In this document: piece by piece, positions 6,877-11,551 of the stretch | Layout of the letters: the number at the start of each line of letters is the position of its first letter | How positions within the stretch are numbered: position 1 is the first letter of the stretch | Assembly: GCA_038208905.1 (NCBI GenBank) | Contig: JBBQYG010000134.1 | Coordinates: forward strand, 1-11,551 | Direction: 5' to 3' | Origin: Candidatus Sumerlaeia bacterium | Lineage (GTDB): Bacteria; Sumerlaeota; Sumerlaeia; SLMS01 | Length of the DNA stretch: 11,551 bases | Notes under the pieces: model-generated | The model's input: the letters and a program-made list of their open reading frames with translations, nothing else | Database searches by the model: none | What the model was told of the DNA's origin: nothing | Made by a program: the position numbers and the translations under genes

Positions 6877-7200
6877 CTATGCCGAAAACGAGCTGCCACA
6901 GGCGCAGCTTCGCGAGGCGTTGGGGTTCACGAACTTGAACCCGCCCGTCAGCAGTTCGGTGGAAAACTCCAGAACCATGCCGTTGAGGAACAGGTAGCTC
7001 TTGGGATCAACGAAGACCTTCACGCCCTCGATGTCGAAGACGGAGTCGTTGTTGTTGGGCTTCTCGTCGAAGGCGAGCGTATAGCTGAGGCCGGAGCATC
7101 CACCGCCGCTGACGCCCACGCGCAGGCCCCAGTCTTCCTTCTTCTCCTGATTCAGGAGACGCTTGACCTCGGCGATGGTCGTTTCGCTTAGTTCAATCAT
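6877..7200 (-). CDS. iscA: A-type Fe-S carrier IscA (HesB family)
   Basis: LRVGVSGGGCSGLSY and NPNASRSCACGSSF, three conserved Cys; operon position. Confidence 0.93.
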   Translation of the reverse strand: MIELSETTIAEVKRLLNQEKKEDWGLRVGVSGGGCSGLSYTLAFDEKPNNNDSVFDIEGVKVFVDPKSYLFLNGMVLEFSTELLTGGFKFVNPNASRSCACGSSFSA

Positions 7201-7230
7201 GGTCTTCTTCCGTCTCCCGGGTGGCGAGTC

Positions 7231-7635
7231 TTAGTGCGTGGCCACGGCCACGGCCGCACCGTTCTTCTCGAGGTAGTCCTTGATGGCCGCCTTGATGGCG
7301 TCCTCGGCGAGGACGCTACAGTGGATCTTGATCGGGGGCAGGTTCAGCTCCTCCACGATGGAGGTGTTCTTGATGTCCTGAGCCTCCTCCACCGTCTTAC
7401 CCTTCAGCCATTCCGTGGCGAGGGAACTGGACGCGATGGCGGAGCCGCAACCGAAGGTCTTGAACTTCGCGTCGGTGATCGTGCCGTCGTCGCCAACCTG
7501 AATCTGAAGCCGCATCACGTCGCCGCACTCCGGCGCGCCGACGAGTCCCGTCCCGATATTCTTGGCGCCCTTGTCCATGGAGCCGACATTGCGGGGGTTG
7601 TTATAGTGGTCGATGACCTTTTCGCTGTAAGCCAT
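7231..7635 (-). CDS. iscU: Fe-S cluster scaffold IscU
   Basis: MAYSEKVIDHYNNPRNVG, GAPECGDVM, FKTFGCGSAIASSS, LPPIKIHCSVLAEDA; GGAG RBS. Confidence 0.98.
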   Translation of the reverse strand: MAYSEKVIDHYNNPRNVGSMDKGAKNIGTGLVGAPECGDVMRLQIQVGDDGTITDAKFKTFGCGSAIASSSLATEWLKGKTVEEAQDIKNTSIVEELNLPPIKIHCSVLAEDAIKAAIKDYLEKNGAAVAVATH

Positions 7636-7713
7636 TTGAGTTTCTCCATTTGTGATGGTCGAGTGTTCGGCCTTGCCGGCCGTCCCCTGTTTTCCCTGCC
7701 GCTTGCTGCCGTC

Positions 7714-8934
7714 TCAGTGATGCGCCCATTCGACCTTGCTGAGGTCCACGCCCTCCTGATGCATCTCGTACAGGGGCGACATGATGCGGAGCTTTTCCAC
7801 GACGCCCACCAGCTTGTCGGCGACGTAGTCCACTTCCTCCTGGGTGTTGAAGCGCCCAAGGCCGAAACGGATCGAGCTATGGGCCAGTTCGTCGCCGACG
7901 CCAAGGCTCTTGAGGACGTAGCTGGGCTCCAGACTCGCGCTCGTGCAGGCGGAGCCGGAGCTGACCGCGACGTCGTTGATGCCCATCAGGAGCGACTCGC
8001 CCTCCACGAAGGAGAACGAAATGTTCAGCGAGTGCGGAAGCTTGTGCTCCACATCGCCATTCTCGTAGATTTCGGGGATCGCGTCGAACAGGCGGTTGCG
8101 CAGGCGGTCGCGAAGCCCGCTCAGACGCTTGGACTCCTCGGGCATCTCCGCGACGCAGAGTTCCATCGCCTTTCCGAGTCCCACGATGCCGGGGACGTTG
8201 AGCGTGCCGCTGCGCATGCCGCGCTCGTGGCCGCCGCCGTCGAACAACGGCGTGACGCGGACGCGGGGCTTGCGGCGACGGACGTAGAGGACGCCGACGC
8301 CCTTGGGTCCGTACATCTTGTGGCCCGAGAACGAGAGCAGATGAATGCCATCCTTCACCACGTCGATCGGCACCTTGCCCACTGCCTGTGTCGCGTCGGT
8401 GTGGAAGAAGATGTCCTTTTCCGCGCAGAGCTTGCCGATCTCCGCCATCGGCTGGATCACGCCGATCTCGTTGTTGGCATACATGATCGAAATCAGGATC
8501 GTCTTGTCGGTGATGGCGGCGCGCAGTTCGTCGAGGTCGATCAGGCCGTTCTTCTGAACGTGAAGCCATGTGACGTCGTATCCCATGCGCTCGAGCTTCT
8601 TGCATGGGTCAAGGGTGGCCTTGTGCTCGGTGACCACGGTGATGATGTGGTTTCCCTTCTCGCGGTACATCTCCGCGATACCCTTGATGGCAAGGTTGTT
8701 GGATTCCGTGGAGCCGCTGGTGAAGACGATCTCCTTGGTGTCGGCGTTGAGGGCCTTGGCGATGATCTCGCGGGCGTTCTCGACGGCCTCCTCGGCCTGC
8801 CAGCCGAAGGCGTGGTTGCGCGAGGCGGCGTTGCCGAAGGTGTCGGTGAAAAAGGGAAGCATCGCCTCCACAACGCGCGGGTCCGTCTGAGTGGTGGAGT
8901 GATTGTCCATGTAGATCGGGGTCTTGACGGCCAT
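7714..8934 (-). CDS. iscS: Cysteine desulfurase IscS (group I, PLP-dependent)
   Basis: [28 protein letters not shown] (PLP Lys), [15 protein letters not shown] (catalytic Cys), C-terminal EWAHH; AGGAG RBS. Confidence 0.98.
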   Translation of the reverse strand: MAVKTPIYMDNHSTTQTDPRVVEAMLPFFTDTFGNAASRNHAFGWQAEEAVENAREIIAKALNADTKEIVFTSGSTESNNLAIKGIAEMYREKGNHIITVVTEHKATLDPCKKLERMGYDVTWLHVQKNGLIDLDELRAAITDKTILISIMYANNEIGVIQPMAEIGKLCAEKDIFFHTDATQAVGKVPIDVVKDGIHLLSFSGHKMYGPKGVGVLYVRRRKPRVRVTPLFDGGGHERGMRSGTLNVPGIVGLGKAMELCVAEMPEESKRLSGLRDRLRNRLFDAIPEIYENGDVEHKLPHSLNISFSFVEGESLLMGINDVAVSSGSACTSASLEPSYVLKSLGVGDELAHSSIRFGLGRFNTQEEVDYVADKLVGVVEKLRIMSPLYEMHQEGVDLSKVEWAHH

Positions 8935-9111
8935 CGGGTGGAAACTCCTGTCTATGGTGGCGCAGGCGAAGCGCCGAAATCGGCGGGGAATCTGGCCTAT
9001 CCCAGCCGTCCTCTGTGCTGTGCAGTGAGGGAGCCAGAACCATGCCCGGGGACCGCTGGGCAGGGGCGCCCGGGTAAGCGCCCATGGTCTCTATGCCAGC
9101 AGCGAATGGGG

Positions 9112-9137
9112 AAATCCCTATTTGGGACGTCGGGTTT
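9112..9137 (-). promoter_or_regulatory. Rrf2-family (IscR/CymR-like) operator candidate upstream of iscS
   Basis: Minus strand AAACCCGAC-GTCCCAA-ATAGGGATTT: 9-7-9 imperfect dyad (6/9 symmetric) about 180-200 bp upstream of iscS. Confidence 0.5.
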
Positions 9138-9367
9138 CGCTTGCACCTTGTCTCGGAGTGAGACCTCTGGTGGGATGAATAAGGGGTTTGATGTGCTTCG
9201 ATGCGGCGGCGGCGAGACTGGCCGTCGAACGTAAGTGAAGAGGAATCAGCACATCCGCAAGCGATTGCACTGATGGCCCGCAATTCTCTAGCGGAGAAAT
9301 AGAGTCAGCGCTGGGGATTTCTCTTCCACGACGTGATCCACGAATTCAATAGGCGCAAACCACGACA

Positions 9368-9709
9368 ATGCAATCGCACCATCAACCTGCCGGAACGCCC
9401 ATCATCATCACGCTGCCCGGGCCTGCGATCCATCATCGGTCGATGGACTCGGTCCGCGATTTGGTGGAAACTCAGCTCAATCGCGGCGAATCCCGCTTGG
9501 CGCTGGATTTCAGCGACATCCGGTTCATCGACAGCTCGGCACTCTCGCTGCTGATTTCCATCGGTCGCCGCGCCACGAATCTCGGCGGCGGCGTGAAGTT
9601 CTGCGCCCTTCAGCCCGCCGTGCGGGAGGTTCTGGACATCACCCGCCTGACGCGCCTTTTCGATGTCCACGGGACGCTGGAATCGGCGCTGGATTCCTTC
9701 GCGAAGTAG
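9368..9709 (+). CDS. STAS-domain anti-sigma-factor antagonist (SpoIIAA/RsbV-like)
   Basis: 113 aa; LALDFSDIRFIDSSALSLL with the phospho-acceptor Ser motif; VREVLDITRLTRLFDVHGTLESAL C-terminus typical of STAS. Confidence 0.92.
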   Translation: MQSHHQPAGTPIIITLPGPAIHHRSMDSVRDLVETQLNRGESRLALDFSDIRFIDSSALSLLISIGRRATNLGGGVKFCALQPAVREVLDITRLTRLFDVHGTLESALDSFAK

Positions 9710-9721
9710 CCCGGTCAAAAA

Positions 9722-11236
9722 TCACAGTTCTTCAGGATGTCCCGGCGGCGGGGTTGGTGTGGGGACGAACTTGAGCGACTCCACCAGCCACGCCGCGTAC
9801 CAGGCATCCACCGCGCGGTCTGCCTCAACCTGACCCAGCGTTGGCAGGACCCTGAGGAACTCCCGGGCCGTTGCCTGAACGGGAGACCTTGGGTCCGCCG
9901 CCGCGTAGTGGGCCGCGGCGACAAGCTCCGCGCGGCGAAAGCGCCTTCGCGCGGCGGGGAGCAGTTGGGCCAGTCGCTGGGCCGAGCTCTCCTCCAGGGC
10001 CTTCTGCAACTCGTCGCGAATTCCCGAAAGATCCGGCGGCGCTTCGCCAACAAGCGAGATTGCCTCCAGCGAGAACAGGTAGTCGCGCGCCAGCGGGGCC
10101 AGCGCGTCGGCCCCCACGGACTGGTCCCGGGCGCCGATCTCCGCCAGATGGCCCCCCGCCAACAGGCCGATCATGACCCCAAGGACAAGCCACAGGGCGG
10201 AGAACACAACCATGCGATTTGCGTGCATCAACGACCCAAGGGAGGCCTTTGGGCGCAGGCTGTATGCCAGATAGGCCTTGTCCAGCTCCGTGCGGAAGGT
10301 GGCCGCGTCCCACGGGCGCTTGGCCTGCTTGAGCGAAAGACACCGCATCACCAGCGTGGCCACGTCGCGATTCAGCCGGGGAAGAAGGGTGCGGATCGGC
10401 GTGATCAGCCCCTCGCGCACGTTGGATATCTGCTCGCGCACGTCGGACGCGGGCTCCACCGGCGAGCGCCCGGCAAGCATGTAGTAGAGCGTCGCGCCGA
10501 GGCTGTAGATGTCTGAGTGCTTGGTGGCCGCCTCGCCTCGCGCCTGCTCCGGCGACATGAACTTGGGCGTGCCGGCGATGCTGGTGGTGCGTGCCGATTC
10601 GGCGGAGATCATGTCCTGCGTCCGCGAGATGCCGAAGTCCGTAATCTTAACTCGCCCATCCCGCGCCAGCAGGATGTTCTGGGGCTTGATGTCGCGGTGG
10701 ACGATTCCCGCGTTGTGGAGGGCCTCCAGCCCCCGCGCCGCCTCCGCCGCGATGCGCAGCGCGTCGGGCATGGAAAGCTTCCCCATGCGCTTCACGAACT
10801 GATCGACGGTCTCGCCCTCCACCAGCTCCATCGCGAAGAACGGCACGTTGTCGACTTCGTGCCAGCTCAGGATCTGGACGACATTCTCGTGCTGGATGCG
10901 GCTGGCGAGTTCCGCCTCCTGGCGCAGCTCCGCCGCGATCCCCGCGTCTCCAAGGACCTCCGGCGGAAGGAACTTGAGTGCCACAGTGCGCTTCAGCTTC
11001 ACATCCACCGCGCGCACCACGGCGCCCATGCCGCCGAAGCCGATCATCTTGCCGACCTCGAAGCCTTCCCGCCGGGCCAGCGATGCAACTTGGTCCTCTA
11101 GGTTCTTCTCCGCCGACTCCCCGCCCCCCCGCGCGGGCGAGGCGATGGCAAGCTGCTCCTTCTCGAGCTGCGCTTGCAGCTCCCGAAAGGTATCCTGAAT
11201 CGCATCGCGTGCGGTCTTGGTCTTCTCGCTCGACAT
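9722..11236 (-). CDS. Membrane-anchored Hanks-type Ser/Thr protein kinase, about 504 aa
   Basis: IGFGGMGAV, VALK, alphaC Glu (RQEAEL), HRDIKPQN, DFG, GTPKFMSPE, DIYSLG; one TM helix (VVFSALWLVLGVMIGLLAG); helical C-terminal domain. Likely start ATG 11236 (MSSEKT); the ORF-track extension to 11491 looks non-coding. Confidence 0.95.
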   Translation of the reverse strand: MSSEKTKTARDAIQDTFRELQAQLEKEQLAIASPARGGGESAEKNLEDQVASLARREGFEVGKMIGFGGMGAVVRAVDVKLKRTVALKFLPPEVLGDAGIAAELRQEAELASRIQHENVVQILSWHEVDNVPFFAMELVEGETVDQFVKRMGKLSMPDALRIAAEAARGLEALHNAGIVHRDIKPQNILLARDGRVKITDFGISRTQDMISAESARTTSIAGTPKFMSPEQARGEAATKHSDIYSLGATLYYMLAGRSPVEPASDVREQISNVREGLITPIRTLLPRLNRDVATLVMRCLSLKQAKRPWDAATFRTELDKAYLAYSLRPKASLGSLMHANRMVVFSALWLVLGVMIGLLAGGHLAEIGARDQSVGADALAPLARDYLFSLEAISLVGEAPPDLSGIRDELQKALEESSAQRLAQLLPAARRRFRRAELVAAAHYAAADPRSPVQATAREFLRVLPTLGQVEADRAVDAWYAAWLVESLKFVPTPTPPPGHPEEL

Positions 11237-11484
11237 CGAAGCGTGGCGGCCTCTTCCAAGGTGTCGGTCCCCTCCCGGGCGGCAAAAAGCGCGCGGGATG
11301 GGGATTGGAACTCCAGCGACAAAGCTACGCCGCGCCGGGGGGCTCGTCGAGAGTAAAGTCCCGAATGGCAGGGGTTTGGAGCGTTGAAAAGCGCGTGTAG
11401 CCAGATGATCCGCGCGGTCAACCCCCTTGCCACCGTCCCAACCCCGCTGCTCTGCTCGCCCCCATGAGTCTGGAGCGGGAATAC

Positions 11485-11551
11485 ATGGCATCGACGCGTT
11501 GGCTGGGGCCCGTGTTCCTGGCGGCGCTTGCGTTGATCGTGGTTCTGGTGG
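11485..11551 (+). CDS. 5' end of a divergent gene (partial) with signal peptide or TM start MASTRWLGPVFLAALALIVVLV...
   Basis: ATG 11485 preceded by GGAGCGGGA; frame open to the window end; hydrophobic stretch. In-frame alternative ATG at 11464. Confidence 0.65.
   Translation, partial: MASTRWLGPVFLAALALIVVLV

Noticed and set aside
7234..9234. 666-aa plus-strand ORF
   Set aside because: Antisense shadow of iscU/iscS caused by GC3 bias; no recognisable domain.
8935..9367. Possible iscR gene or pseudogene in the iscR-sized gap upstream of iscS
   Set aside because: The listed translations covering this gap show no Rrf2 winged-helix or Cys motif.

Overview
GC-rich bacterial chromosomal window with no phage, transposase, CRISPR, tRNA or rRNA signal that I can see. 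Gene order: 3' end of an upstream gene whose stop codon overlaps a ~75-bp MITE-like inverted-repeat element; stand-alone D-Ala-D-Ala ligase (ddl) with a bidirectional terminator; FHA-GGDEF diguanylate cyclase with a Thr-containing N-terminal tail (Bdellovibrio DgcB-like architecture); small exported two-repeat beta protein (-) divergent from a secreted 7-blade lactonase-type beta-propeller that ends in a W-x-L-Y tail; orphan phoU (-) with a Pho-box-like site; cytosolic Csp3/DUF326-type Cys-rich copper storage protein abutting tail-to-tail a shortened ISC operon (iscS-iscU-iscA-hscB, with no iscR, hscA or fdx adjacent); a 433-bp structured intergenic region with an Rrf2 (IscR/CymR)-like operator; STAS anti-anti-sigma factor convergent with a membrane Hanks-type Ser/Thr kinase; 5' end of an exported or membrane protein. 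The best leads are a possible pThr-to-c-di-GMP signalling set (kinase, FHA-GGDEF, STAS), a copper-storage/Fe-S assembly junction, and a candidate C-terminal sorting motif. All calls were made by eye from motifs; no searches were run.
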